From: Alphaproteobacteria bacterium
GTDB lineage: Bacteria > Pseudomonadota > Alphaproteobacteria > UBA6615
Length of the DNA: 50,548 bases
Reading direction: 5' to 3'
Assembly (NCBI GenBank): GCA_965261975.1
Contig: CBDHEC010000019.1
Location: forward strand, 1 to 50,548
A model generated the notes under the pieces. The model saw only the letters and a list, made by a program, of their open reading frames with translations, was not told the DNA's origin and made no database searches. The position numbers and the translations under genes were made by a program. Below, piece by piece: positions 19,532-32,029 of this stretch (position 1 is the first letter of the stretch; each line of letters starts with the position of its first letter).

Positions 19532-20500
19532 CTAGCCGGCGGCGGCCAGTTTGGCCTCGCGGGCATCGCGCAACTTCGCGAAATCATCACCGGCGTGATA
19601 GCTAGACCGGGTCAGCGGCGTGGCGGAGACCAGAAGGAAGCCCTTGCCGCGGGCCATCTTGGCGTAGCCCTCGAATTCTTCCGGGGTGACGAACTTGTCA
19701 ATCCTGGCATGCTTCGGTGTCGGCTGCAGATACTGGCCGATGGTCAGGAAATCGACATTCGCCGCGCGCAGGTCATCCATCACCTGCCCCACTTCCTCGC
19801 GGGTCTCGCCCAGGCCGACCATCAGGCCGGACTTCGTGAAGATGTTCGGCACCTTCTCCTTGATCCGCTGCAGCAGATCGAGGCTGGTGAAGTAGCGCGA
19901 CCCCGGACGGATCGTCGGGTAGAGGCGCGGCACGGTCTCCAGATTGTGGTTGAACACGTCCGGCGGATCCTGGGCCAGCACGTCGATCGCACCGGGCTTG
20001 TCCTTGAAGTCGGGTGTGAGGATCTCGATGGTCGTCGTCGGCGCCGATGCTCGCAGCGCCCGCACGACCTGCCCAAAGTGGTCCGCGCCGCCATCGTCCA
20101 GGTCATCCCGGTCAACGGACGTCAACACCACATGTTCCAACGCCATCCCGCCGACGGCCACCGCGACATTCGCCGGCTCGTTCGGGTCGAGCGGTTTGGG
20201 CACGCCGGTCGCCACGTTACAGAAGGCACAGGCGCGCGTGCAGGTGTCGCCCATGATCATGATCGTTGCGTGTTTCTTGGCCCAGCATTCGCCGATATTC
20301 GGGCATGCGGCTTCCTCGCAAACCGTGGCCAGGTTGAGATCGCGCATCATCTTGCGGGTCTCGTGATAGGCCTTGCTGGTCGGTGCCTTTACGCGAATCC
20401 ATTCCGGCTTGCGCTGGATGGGATTGTCGGGCCGATTGCGCTTCTCCGGATGCCGGAGCGCGGGGTCGGTGCTTTTGTCGCGAACGGGTGTCGAGGTCAT
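19532..20500 (-). CDS. lipA: Lipoyl synthase
   Basis: Motifs [20 protein letters not shown] and RSSYHA. Confidence 0.98.
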   Translation of the reverse strand: MTSTPVRDKSTDPALRHPEKRNRPDNPIQRKPEWIRVKAPTSKAYHETRKMMRDLNLATVCEEAACPNIGECWAKKHATIMIMGDTCTRACAFCNVATGVPKPLDPNEPANVAVAVGGMALEHVVLTSVDRDDLDDGGADHFGQVVRALRASAPTTTIEILTPDFKDKPGAIDVLAQDPPDVFNHNLETVPRLYPTIRPGSRYFTSLDLLQRIKEKVPNIFTKSGLMVGLGETREEVGQVMDDLRAANVDFLTIGQYLQPTPKHARIDKFVTPEEFEGYAKMARGKGFLLVSATPLTRSSYHAGDDFAKLRDAREAKLAAAG

Positions 20501-20503
20501 AAC

Positions 20504-21916
20504 CTAGAAATGGATCGTGCGCCCGTAAGCGTCAAGCACGGACTCGTGCATCATTTCGCTCAGGGTCGGATGTGGGAAGACGGATTCCATCAATTCATGC
20601 TCGGTCGTCTCGAGGGTCTTGGCGATGCCGTAGCCCTGAATCAGCTCGGTCACCTCGGCGCCAATCATATGCGCGCCCAGGAACTCGCCCGTGTCGGCAT
20701 CGAAGATCGTCTTGATCAACCCCTCGGGCTCGCCCAGCGCGATCGCTTTCCCGTTACCCTGGAACGGGAAGCGCCCGACCTTGATCTTGCGGCCCGCCTC
20801 TTTCGCGGCCGCCTCGGTCATGCCGATGGACGCGACCTGGGGGCTGCAATAGGTGCACCCCGGGATGCGGCTGGTGTCGAGGGGATGAATATCCTTTTCG
20901 CCGGCCATTTTCTCGACCGCGATAATCCCTTCATGAGACGCCTTGTGGGCGAGCCAGGGCGGACCGGCCACATCACCGATAGCCCAGATGCCCGGCTCGG
21001 CGGTCTGGCCCCATTCGTCGATAACGATATGGGATTTCTCGACCACCACCTTGGTGTCCTCGAGGCCGATATCCTCGACATTGCCGACGATCCCGACCGC
21101 CATGATGACGCGCTCTGTCTCGATGTTCTGAAACTTGCCGTCCTTCTCGATTGTGGCCGTCACCTTGTCCGGCTGCTTGTAGAGGGATTTCACCGACGCA
21201 CCGGTGATCAGCGTCATGCCCTGATCCTCGAACGCCTTCGCCGCAAGACCGGAAATTTCCTCATCCTCGACAGGCAGGATTCGGTCGAGAACCTCGACCA
21301 CGGTCACCTCTGCGCCCAGGGTCCGATAGAAGGACGCAAACTCGATCCCGATCGCCCCCGAGCCAACAACCAACAGTGATTTCGGAAACTCCTCCGGCAC
21401 CATCGCCTCGCGATAGCTCCAGATCTGTTCACCATCGGCTTCCATTCCAGGGATGTTTCGCGCCCGCGCGCCCGTGGCCAGCAAAACGTTCTTGGCGGTG
21501 ACGTCGGCGACTTTTTTGCCGTCCTTCTCCACGACGACCTTGCGCGCGCCCGCTTTGCCGCCCGCAAGTTTGCCCCAACCATCGATCACCTCGACCTTGT
21601 TCTTCTTCAACAGGAAGCCGACCCCCTGGTTGAGCTGGTTGGCGACGCCGCGCGAGCGTTCCACAACCTTTTTCAGATCGAACGACACATTGTCGGCCTT
21701 GAGCCCATAGTCTTCGGCATTCTGCATGTAGTGATAGATTTCCGAGGTACGCAGCAGCGCCTTGGTGGGAATGCAGCCCCAGTTGAGACAGATGCCACCG
21801 AGGTGATTCGCCTCGATCACCGCCGCCTTCATGCCCAACTGCGCCGCACGGATCGCCGCGACATAGCCCCCGGGGCCACCGCCGACCACAACCAGATCGA
21901 AATTCTTTTCCGCCAT
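20504..21916 (-). CDS. lpdA: Dihydrolipoamide dehydrogenase (E3)
   Basis: Motifs GGGPGGY, GGICLNWGCIPTK, GSGAIG and HPTLSE. Confidence 0.98.
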   Translation of the reverse strand: MAEKNFDLVVVGGGPGGYVAAIRAAQLGMKAAVIEANHLGGICLNWGCIPTKALLRTSEIYHYMQNAEDYGLKADNVSFDLKKVVERSRGVANQLNQGVGFLLKKNKVEVIDGWGKLAGGKAGARKVVVEKDGKKVADVTAKNVLLATGARARNIPGMEADGEQIWSYREAMVPEEFPKSLLVVGSGAIGIEFASFYRTLGAEVTVVEVLDRILPVEDEEISGLAAKAFEDQGMTLITGASVKSLYKQPDKVTATIEKDGKFQNIETERVIMAVGIVGNVEDIGLEDTKVVVEKSHIVIDEWGQTAEPGIWAIGDVAGPPWLAHKASHEGIIAVEKMAGEKDIHPLDTSRIPGCTYCSPQVASIGMTEAAAKEAGRKIKVGRFPFQGNGKAIALGEPEGLIKTIFDADTGEFLGAHMIGAEVTELIQGYGIAKTLETTEHELMESVFPHPTLSEMMHESVLDAYGRTIHF

Positions 21917-21970
21917 AGGTTTAACCTCGAAAAATGCGGCGCGCGCAGACGCTTCGCCGGAAAAACAGGA

Positions 21971-23224
21971 CTACAGGAGAAGCCCGAGCGGCTCTTCGAT
22001 GAGGCTCTTCAGCGCCGCCAGATACTCGGCACCAATCGCCCCGTCGAGCGCGCGATGATCGACCGACAGGGTCAGGGACATCACCGTCGCTACGGCCAGC
22101 TCCCCGTCATGCACCACCGGACGCTGTTCGCCTGCGCCCACCGCCAAAATCGCACCCTGCGGCTGATTGATGACCGCATCGAACTGCTTCAGGCCATACA
22201 TGCCGAGGTTGGAAATGGAGAACGTGCCCCCCTGGAACTCTTCCGGCGCCAGCTTGTTGTCGCGCGCCCGTGCTGCGAGATCCTGCATTTCTGCCGAGAT
22301 CGCCTTCAGGCCCTTGCCCTCCGCGCCGCGCACGATCGGTGTGATCAGTCCATCGTCGATCGCCACAGCCACCGAGATATCCGCACGCTTGTACAGACGT
22401 ACACCTTCCTCGGACCAGCCGGCATTCGCGCGCGGGACCTCGATCAGTGCCGCAGCGGCCGCCTTGATGATCATGTCGTTGACGGAAATCTTGAACTCGC
22501 CATCCTTGGCCCGCGCGTTCAAATTCTTGCGCGCTTCCAGCAACCGGTCGATCTCGCAATCCACCGTCAGGTAGAAATGCGGCACTTCCTGCTTGGACGA
22601 TGTCATCCGCTGGGCAATGACCTTGCGCATGTTCGACAGCGGCAACACCTCGTACGGCGCATCACCCTCTACCGAAACAACGGCCGCCGGCGCACCGCCG
22701 GCTGCGGCGGGTGCACCCGAGAAATTCTCAATATCCACTTTGACGATCCGGCCATTCGGGCCCGTGCCCGTGACCTGCGCCAAATCGATCCCTTGCTGAA
22801 CCGCGAGCCGTCGGGCCAGCGGACTGGCGATCACCCGGCCACCAGATGCAGCGACCGGCGCGGGCGTTGCAGCGGGAGCCGGCGCCGCAGCAGGTGCTTC
22901 GGCAGGCGCGGGGGCCGGTTCTTCGGCTGCCGGTGCCGCGGCACCGCCCGTATCGAAGCCGTCGAGGGCTGAATCATCCTCGCCGTCTTCCAACAAGATG
23001 GCGATCGGCGTGTTGACGGCAACATCCTCGGCCCCTTCCGCGACCAGGATCTTCGCAAGAACCCCTTCGTCGACGGCCTCGACCTCCATGGTCGCCTTGT
23101 CGGTTTCGATTTCGGCAATGACATCGCCCGGGGCGACAGAGTCACCCTCGGCCTTGAGCCAGCGCGCGAGGTTGCCTTCGGTCATCGTCGGCGACAATGC
23201 GGGCATGAGAATGGATATTGGCAT
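21971..23224 (-). CDS. pdhC: Pyruvate dehydrogenase E2 (dihydrolipoamide acetyltransferase)
   Basis: Lipoyl domain ETDKA, E3-binding [17 protein letters not shown], and catalytic DHRALDGA. Confidence 0.97.
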   Translation of the reverse strand: MPISILMPALSPTMTEGNLARWLKAEGDSVAPGDVIAEIETDKATMEVEAVDEGVLAKILVAEGAEDVAVNTPIAILLEDGEDDSALDGFDTGGAAAPAAEEPAPAPAEAPAAAPAPAATPAPVAASGGRVIASPLARRLAVQQGIDLAQVTGTGPNGRIVKVDIENFSGAPAAAGGAPAAVVSVEGDAPYEVLPLSNMRKVIAQRMTSSKQEVPHFYLTVDCEIDRLLEARKNLNARAKDGEFKISVNDMIIKAAAAALIEVPRANAGWSEEGVRLYKRADISVAVAIDDGLITPIVRGAEGKGLKAISAEMQDLAARARDNKLAPEEFQGGTFSISNLGMYGLKQFDAVINQPQGAILAVGAGEQRPVVHDGELAVATVMSLTLSVDHRALDGAIGAEYLAALKSLIEEPLGLLL

Positions 23225-24756
23225 TAGTGCTTCCCCTGGGTCCTGTCTGCCGGGATCATATCCCCGGTCCGGCTTGCGCGTGTTGCGAGTTGATTGGTCT
23301 TCAAAGCCAGTCCCGCAACGTTCTGCTTCAATTGCCCCGGTTCCTGGCCGTTTGTGCCAATCACCGGACGTATCCGACGCGCGATGCGTCAGTCCTTATA
23401 ACAAACACGTTTGGCCGCAGCGGCGATCTTCTCTGCCTGCGGTAGAGCCAGCTTCTCGAGATTGGCCGCGTAGGGCATCGGTACGTCTTCGCCCGTCACG
23501 CGAACGACCGGTGAGTCGAGATAGTCGAACGCGTCTTCCATCATCCGCATGCCTATTTCCGAGCCGATGCCGGCAAACGGCCAGCCTTCCTCGACAGAGA
23601 CGATCCGGTTGGTGCGCTTTACGGACTCAACAACCGTCTCGGTATCGAGCGGGCGGATGGAGCGTAAATCGATGACCTCCGCCTCGATTCCCTCCGCCGC
23701 CAGCATTTCTGCGGCCTCCAGGGCCTTGCCGACCATCAGCGAGAACGCGGTGATGGTGACATCGTCGCCGGCTCGCACGACCTTGGCCCGGCCAATCGGC
23801 ACGGTATAGTCATCGTCGTCCGGCACATCGAAGGTCGAGCCGTAGAGCAACTCGTTCTCCAGGATCAGGACCGGGTTGGGATCCCGGATCGCCGATTTGA
23901 GCAGCCCCTTGGCGTCCGCCGCCGTGTACGGCGAGACAACCTTGAGACCCGGCACATGCCCATACCAACTCGCATAGCATTGGGAATGCTGCGCACCGAC
24001 GCGTGACGCCGCACCGTTCGGGCCGCGGAACACGATGGGCACATCCATCTGGCCGCCGGACATGTAGAGAGTTTTCGCCGCGGAATTGATGATCTGGTCA
24101 ATTGCCTGCATGGCAAAGTTAAAGGTCATGAACTCCACGATCGGGCGCAGGCCATGATAGGCAGCCCCCACCGCCATGCCGGCAAAACCCTGTTCGGTGA
24201 TCGGCGTATCGATTACCCGGCCATCGCCGAATTCCTCGAGCAGTCCCTGACTGACTTTGTAGGCACCCTGGTACTGCGCGACCTCCTCGCCCATCAGGAA
24301 CACCTTGTCGTCCCGGCGCATTTCTTCCGCCATACCGTCGCGAAGCGCTTCGCGCACCGTGATCTCGACGGTCGCACCGTCATAATCGGTCTCGGCCGGC
24401 GGCGCGGCGGCAACCGGGGCCGACGGCGCGTCAGCTGCTTCAGCAGGCGCGGGGGCCGGTTCCGGCGCGCTGTCCGCTGCAGGGGCCGCGTTGCCGATGT
24501 CAGCCGCGCTTTCGCCAGCCTCCAGAATCACGGCGATCGGCGTGTTCACCGCCACGTCTTCCGCCCCTTCGGACACCAGGATCTTGCCCAGCGTCCCCTC
24601 GTCGACAGCTTCGACCTCCATGGTCGCCTTGTCGGTCTCGATCTCGGCGATCACATCTCCCGGTGAAATGCTGTCACCCTCGGATTTGAGCCAGCGTGCG
24701 AGGTTCCCCTCGGTCATGGTCGGCGAAAGCGCCGGCATTAAAACCTGAATCGGCAT
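23000..24756 (-). repeat. Paralogous lipoyl-domain coding repeat at the 5' ends of pdhC (about 23000-23224) and pdhB (about 24530-24756)
   Basis: Near-identical [21 protein letters not shown]...[23 protein letters not shown]...[11 protein letters not shown] in both proteins. Confidence 0.8.
23389..24756 (-). CDS. pdhB: Pyruvate dehydrogenase E1 beta subunit with N-terminal lipoyl domain
   Basis: Lipoyl domain followed by [22 protein letters not shown] and GAQHSQ. Confidence 0.97.
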   Translation of the reverse strand: MPIQVLMPALSPTMTEGNLARWLKSEGDSISPGDVIAEIETDKATMEVEAVDEGTLGKILVSEGAEDVAVNTPIAVILEAGESAADIGNAAPAADSAPEPAPAPAEAADAPSAPVAAAPPAETDYDGATVEITVREALRDGMAEEMRRDDKVFLMGEEVAQYQGAYKVSQGLLEEFGDGRVIDTPITEQGFAGMAVGAAYHGLRPIVEFMTFNFAMQAIDQIINSAAKTLYMSGGQMDVPIVFRGPNGAASRVGAQHSQCYASWYGHVPGLKVVSPYTAADAKGLLKSAIRDPNPVLILENELLYGSTFDVPDDDDYTVPIGRAKVVRAGDDVTITAFSLMVGKALEAAEMLAAEGIEAEVIDLRSIRPLDTETVVESVKRTNRIVSVEEGWPFAGIGSEIGMRMMEDAFDYLDSPVVRVTGEDVPMPYAANLEKLALPQAEKIAAAAKRVCYKD

Positions 24757-24786
24757 GTCTATTGTCCTCCCCGTCCCGCGCTTGGG

Positions 24787-25860
24787 TCAGGCTTCAATCA
24801 AAATGTCGGTGTAAAGCTCGGACGGATCGGGCTCCGGGCTTTCCTGGGCGAAGTCTGCCGCCGCATTGACCCGTTCGCGCACGCTCTTGTCGATCGCCTT
24901 GAGGGCATCTTCGTCCGCCATCTTGTTGGTGATCAGCACGTCCTTGAGGGTCTCGATCGGGTCCTTCTCGGTCCGCATCTTCTGGACCTCTTCCTTGGTC
25001 CGATATTTCGCCGGATCGGACATGGAATGGCCTCGATAGCGGTAGGTCTGCATCTCCAGGATGAACGGCCCCTTGCCGGACCGCACATGATCGACGGCTT
25101 TTTTGCCGGCCTCGAGGACCTTGACCACGTCCATCCCGTCGACCTGGGCCCCGGGAATTCCATAGGCACAGCCGCGGTTAAACAGGTCCGGCTCCGCCGA
25201 GGCGCGCTCGACCGACGTTCCCATGCCGTACCGGTTGTTCTCGATGACGTAGATGATGGGCAGGTCCCACAACGCGGCCATATTGAAGGATTCGTAGACC
25301 TGGCCCTGGTTCACCGCACCGTCGCCGAAATAGTCCAGGCAGATGCCGTTATCGTTCTGGTACTTGTGGGAGAATGCGAGCCCGGTGCCCAGCGGCACGT
25401 TGGCCCCGACGATGCCGTGGCCGCCATAGAAGTTCTTTTCCTTGGAGAACATGTGCATCGAGCCGCCCTTACCGCGCGAATAGCCCCCCTCGCGACCTGT
25501 CAGCTCGGCCATCACCCCGTTCGGATCCATGCCACAGGCCAGCATATGGCCATGATCACGGTAGGTGGTGATCACTGAATCCTGAGACTGGAGGTTCGCC
25601 TGCATGCCGACGACGACGGCTTCCTGGCCGATATAAAGATGGCAAAAACCACCGATCAGGCCCATGCCGTACATCTGGCCCGCTTTTTCTTCAAACCGGC
25701 GGATGAGAAGCATCTCGCCATAGAGTTCGAGGAGTTTTTCGGCACCGTAAGACTTGTAGTCCGGTTTGCCGGATGCGACGGATTTCTTTCGCGGGGAAGC
25801 CCCCTTTGGCGCCGATCGTTTGCTTGTTCGTGACGATTTCGCGGCTGGCTTTCGTGCCAT
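24787..25860 (-). CDS. pdhA: Pyruvate dehydrogenase E1 alpha subunit
   Basis: Motifs GFCHLYIGQEA, GDGA...ENN (TPP motif) and YRYRGHSMSDP; SD GGGGGAG before ATG 25860. Confidence 0.97.
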   Translation of the reverse strand: MARKPAAKSSRTSKRSAPKGASPRKKSVASGKPDYKSYGAEKLLELYGEMLLIRRFEEKAGQMYGMGLIGGFCHLYIGQEAVVVGMQANLQSQDSVITTYRDHGHMLACGMDPNGVMAELTGREGGYSRGKGGSMHMFSKEKNFYGGHGIVGANVPLGTGLAFSHKYQNDNGICLDYFGDGAVNQGQVYESFNMAALWDLPIIYVIENNRYGMGTSVERASAEPDLFNRGCAYGIPGAQVDGMDVVKVLEAGKKAVDHVRSGKGPFILEMQTYRYRGHSMSDPAKYRTKEEVQKMRTEKDPIETLKDVLITNKMADEDALKAIDKSVRERVNAAADFAQESPEPDPSELYTDILIEA

Positions 25861-25905
25861 CACACTCCCCCCTACAACATTAATCGGCGTCCTTCGCCTC
25901 TTCGA

Positions 25906-25944
25906 CAAGTAGGCGATACGACCAATGTGGACAAGTGTGGAAAC
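25906..25944 (-). promoter_or_regulatory. Putative pdhA promoter overlapped by two DnaA-box-like repeats
   Basis: Minus strand TTGTCC-N17-TACTTG. TGTGGACAA (25926-25934) and TGTGGAAAC (25936-25944) are each one mismatch from TTWTNCACA. Confidence 0.35.
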
Positions 25945-26070
25945 GGAAAAAGACGTGTAATTTCAGGGAAAAAGCCGATATTTACCAAAAGTCGGTTAAT
26001 TCACCAAAAATGCCGTGAAATATTCGAACCCTGCGCGTCCATCAACTTCGCGGATGTTGCGCAGCCCGGA

Positions 26071-26379
26071 CTATTCGAGGATGACGATCTCGTTCGGATG
26101 GGCGAAGTTGAGCATCACGCGGGCCCGTTCTTCGAGCATATCGGGATCGAGATTGTCGGGCCGCAGCAACGCCACACGGGTATCGAGCTGCAACCGCTCG
26201 GCCTCGAGGGCAGCATGTAGTGTGTTCGCCTGCTCGACCTTCGCGCGAAGCTGCAACAACGACAGCAAACCGTGATCACCCTGGACCATGTGGTAGGAAA
26301 AATAGGCGAGCAGCAGCGCACCTATGATGGGCCACAGGGCACTTCGGGCGCGGATGCGTATTTCCTCGAGTACTGCCAT
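26071..26379 (-). CDS. ftsB: Septum formation initiator (FtsB/DivIC family)
   Basis: One TM segment, G.HGL, a coiled coil and LDPDMLEERAR..LNF..PNE; conserved eno-ftsB-pdhA order. Confidence 0.9.
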   Translation of the reverse strand: MAVLEEIRIRARSALWPIIGALLLAYFSYHMVQGDHGLLSLLQLRAKVEQANTLHAALEAERLQLDTRVALLRPDNLDPDMLEERARVMLNFAHPNEIVILE

Positions 26380-26388
26380 GCCTTCAAC

Positions 26389-26499
26389 GAATCACAGGCC
26401 GAGTCGCACCGTCAACTCCGGATTGTCCATTGAATTCAATTCTTTGCCGCGAATGGGGTCAGTGTTGCAAAAGTGACTCAGAGTTCTCGTTTTGGACTC
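26389..26499. promoter_or_regulatory. Cluster of four GANTC (CcrM) sites in the ftsB promoter region
   Basis: GAATC 26389, GAGTC 26401, GACTC 26475 and GACTC 26495. The first two fit YGAKTCG and lie just downstream of a minus-strand TTGACG. Confidence 0.5.
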
Positions 26500-26668
26500 A
26501 TCTAGCCCTTCTGCGCAGCAGGAAACCCAGGACGCCTCCGGCCGCCAAACCCACCACCAGGCCAACGCCCCAGTCCGGCGGTTCCCCGATCATGTAGTCA
26601 ACGCCGCCGCCGATAACGGCGCCGACCAGCATCCAGAATTGAATGGATCGCAGCAGGACCTCAAACAT
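26498..26668 (-). CDS. Small two-TM glycine-rich membrane protein, 56 aa (AtpZ/AtpI-like pattern)
   Basis: MFEVLLRSIQFWMLVGAVIGGGVDYMIGEPPDWGVGLVVGLAAGGVLGFLLRRRAR; ATG is 8 nt after the eno stop; basic C-terminus. Confidence 0.65.
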   Translation of the reverse strand: MFEVLLRSIQFWMLVGAVIGGGVDYMIGEPPDWGVGLVVGLAAGGVLGFLLRRRAR

Positions 26669-26676
26669 TCCGTAGT

Positions 26677-28828
<2,152 letters not shown>

Positions 28829-28831
28829 CAC

Positions 28832-30505
<1,674 letters not shown>

Positions 30506-30550
30506 TCATCCACAGTCAGCAAGCTGTTGAGATACCGGCATTTGGCAGAG

Positions 30551-30577
30551 AAAAAGGCGGCTTGAAAGCCGCCTTTT
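30551..30577 (-). terminator. Intrinsic terminator downstream of secG (potentially bidirectional)
   Basis: AAAAA-GGCGGCT-TGAA-AGCCGCC-TTTT: a GC stem with T/A tracts on both sides. Confidence 0.85.
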
Positions 30578-30603
30578 GAATTCGACTCGGGACGCCGCGC
30601 CAT

Positions 30604-30963
30604 CTACTCGGACGTCGGAACCGATGGGGTGGTCGGCACCGCAGGCTCCGTCGGGGCCGGGGTCATGGCATCACCATGCGCCGGTGGCGCTTCGTTGATG
30701 ATCGAACCGGTACTGCCGCTATCGTTGGCGAGAATGGCCAGGCCGATACTGGTGACCATGAAAGCCAGCGCCAGCAGGCCCGTCGAACGGGTCAACAGGT
30801 TTGCCGTCTGGCGATTGCCCAGCAGACCGCCCATGCCGCCACTGGCACCGCCGCCGCCGCCACCGCCAAGGCCGCCCAGGCCGCCTTCGGACTTCTGCAT
30901 CAGCACCACGCCGACGAGCGCGACGCCGATCAGCATGTGAATGACCAGTATGATGGTTTCCAT
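30604..30963 (-). CDS. secG: Preprotein translocase subunit SecG
   Basis: IH...LVGVVLMQKSEGG, Gly-rich loop and NLLTRST...F..TSI.L; tpiA-secG-pyrG order. Confidence 0.93.
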   Translation of the reverse strand: METIILVIHMLIGVALVGVVLMQKSEGGLGGLGGGGGGGASGGMGGLLGNRQTANLLTRSTGLLALAFMVTSIGLAILANDSGSTGSIINEAPPAHGDAMTPAPTEPAVPTTPSVPTSE

Positions 30964-31075
30964 ATTCTCGGCCGATTCTCGTATACGCGGTGCCGCCGGT
31001 TTGCCGCACCGCAACTTCTTGGCGGGTATTTAGTCGGTTGTGCGCCGCAATTCCAGTCCCAATCCTGTCAAAAGC

Positions 31076-31831
31076 TTATGACGCGCCCGCCGCAGCAATG
31101 GCGAGGAAGCTTTCGGCGTCCAGGCTCGCCCCGCCAATCAGTCCGCCATCAACATTCGCCACGGCCAGGAGCGATTGGGCATTTTCCGGTTTCATGGAAC
31201 CGCCATACAGGAGGCGCACCGCGCCGGCCTCGCTCCCCAGTGCGGATTCCAGGGTGGCGCGAATATGGCGATGCGCGGCCTCGACTTCGTCCAGGGTCGG
31301 GGTCCGGCCCGTGCCGATCGCCCAAACCGGCTCGTAGGCGATGACCGTGTTCGCACCGGACACGCCTGTATCGGGCAGAGACCCGGCAAGTTGCGTACTC
31401 AGGACCTCCAGCGTCTGCCCGGCGTCCCGCTCCGCCTCCGTCTCGCCAATACAGACAATGGCAACCAGGCCCGCCGCATGGGCAGCCTGTGTTTTCGCGC
31501 GGACTCGCGCATCGGTCTCGCCCAGCCCATGGCGGCGCTCGGAATGACCGAGGATCACGTGGCTCGCACCCGCATCTCCGACCATCTTTGCCGACACGTC
31601 GCCGGTAAATGCGCCGCTCTCCGACTCGTGACAATCCTGGCCGCCGACCGCGACCTCGCTCCCCGAAAGCACCTCGGCGACCTGGCCAAGGATGGTTGCA
31701 GGCGGGCAAACCAGCAGGTCGCAGGTCGCGCCTTGCGCCTTCGCCGCAATATCGCGCGCCAGCCCGACACCATCCGAGGCGAGCATGTTCATTTTCCAGT
31801 TCCCGGCGATAAGTTTTTCGAGCGCGGCCAT
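31076..31831 (-). CDS. tpiA: Triosephosphate isomerase
   Basis: Motifs [24 protein letters not shown] and YGGS. Confidence 0.99.
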   Translation of the reverse strand: MAALEKLIAGNWKMNMLASDGVGLARDIAAKAQGATCDLLVCPPATILGQVAEVLSGSEVAVGGQDCHESESGAFTGDVSAKMVGDAGASHVILGHSERRHGLGETDARVRAKTQAAHAAGLVAIVCIGETEAERDAGQTLEVLSTQLAGSLPDTGVSGANTVIAYEPVWAIGTGRTPTLDEVEAAHRHIRATLESALGSEAGAVRLLYGGSMKPENAQSLLAVANVDGGLIGGASLDAESFLAIAAAGAS

Positions 31832-31951
31832 ATCTTCACCAAATTGTTGCTTTTCATTGTGTTAGCAGGCCACTACATGGGCCAGGTGGTCCTCTAGCAT
31901 AGCGGCGAACGTGCCGCCAACCGGCCCCTCGCAAAAGGTCCGGCGCGGTGC

Positions 31952-31980
31952 TTGAGACACCGGATCGCGATCACTATCAT
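31952..31980 (+). promoter_or_regulatory. Putative sigma70 promoter of ppiD-trpE
   Basis: TTGAGA-N17-TATCAT. Confidence 0.55.
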
Positions 31981-32029
31981 GCGCCGCCCGCAGCCGGGCT
32001 GCGGCCCCGAACCAACTGGTGACAAACTA

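Noticed and set aside
23340-23391. SECIS or selenocysteine insertion at the pdhB TGA
   Set aside because: PdhB is already complete at this point, the position is not a conserved Cys, and the hairpins do not convincingly match a bacterial SECIS.
23389-24756. Lipoyl domain on E1-beta as a novel fusion or recent duplication
   Set aside because: This is a known alphaproteobacterial feature (e.g. Zymomonas, rhizobia).
30830-30890. GCC/CCG tandem repeats in secG (also the ppiD N-terminus and PDH linkers)
   Set aside because: They encode ordinary Gly- or Ala/Pro-rich linkers, not contingency loci.
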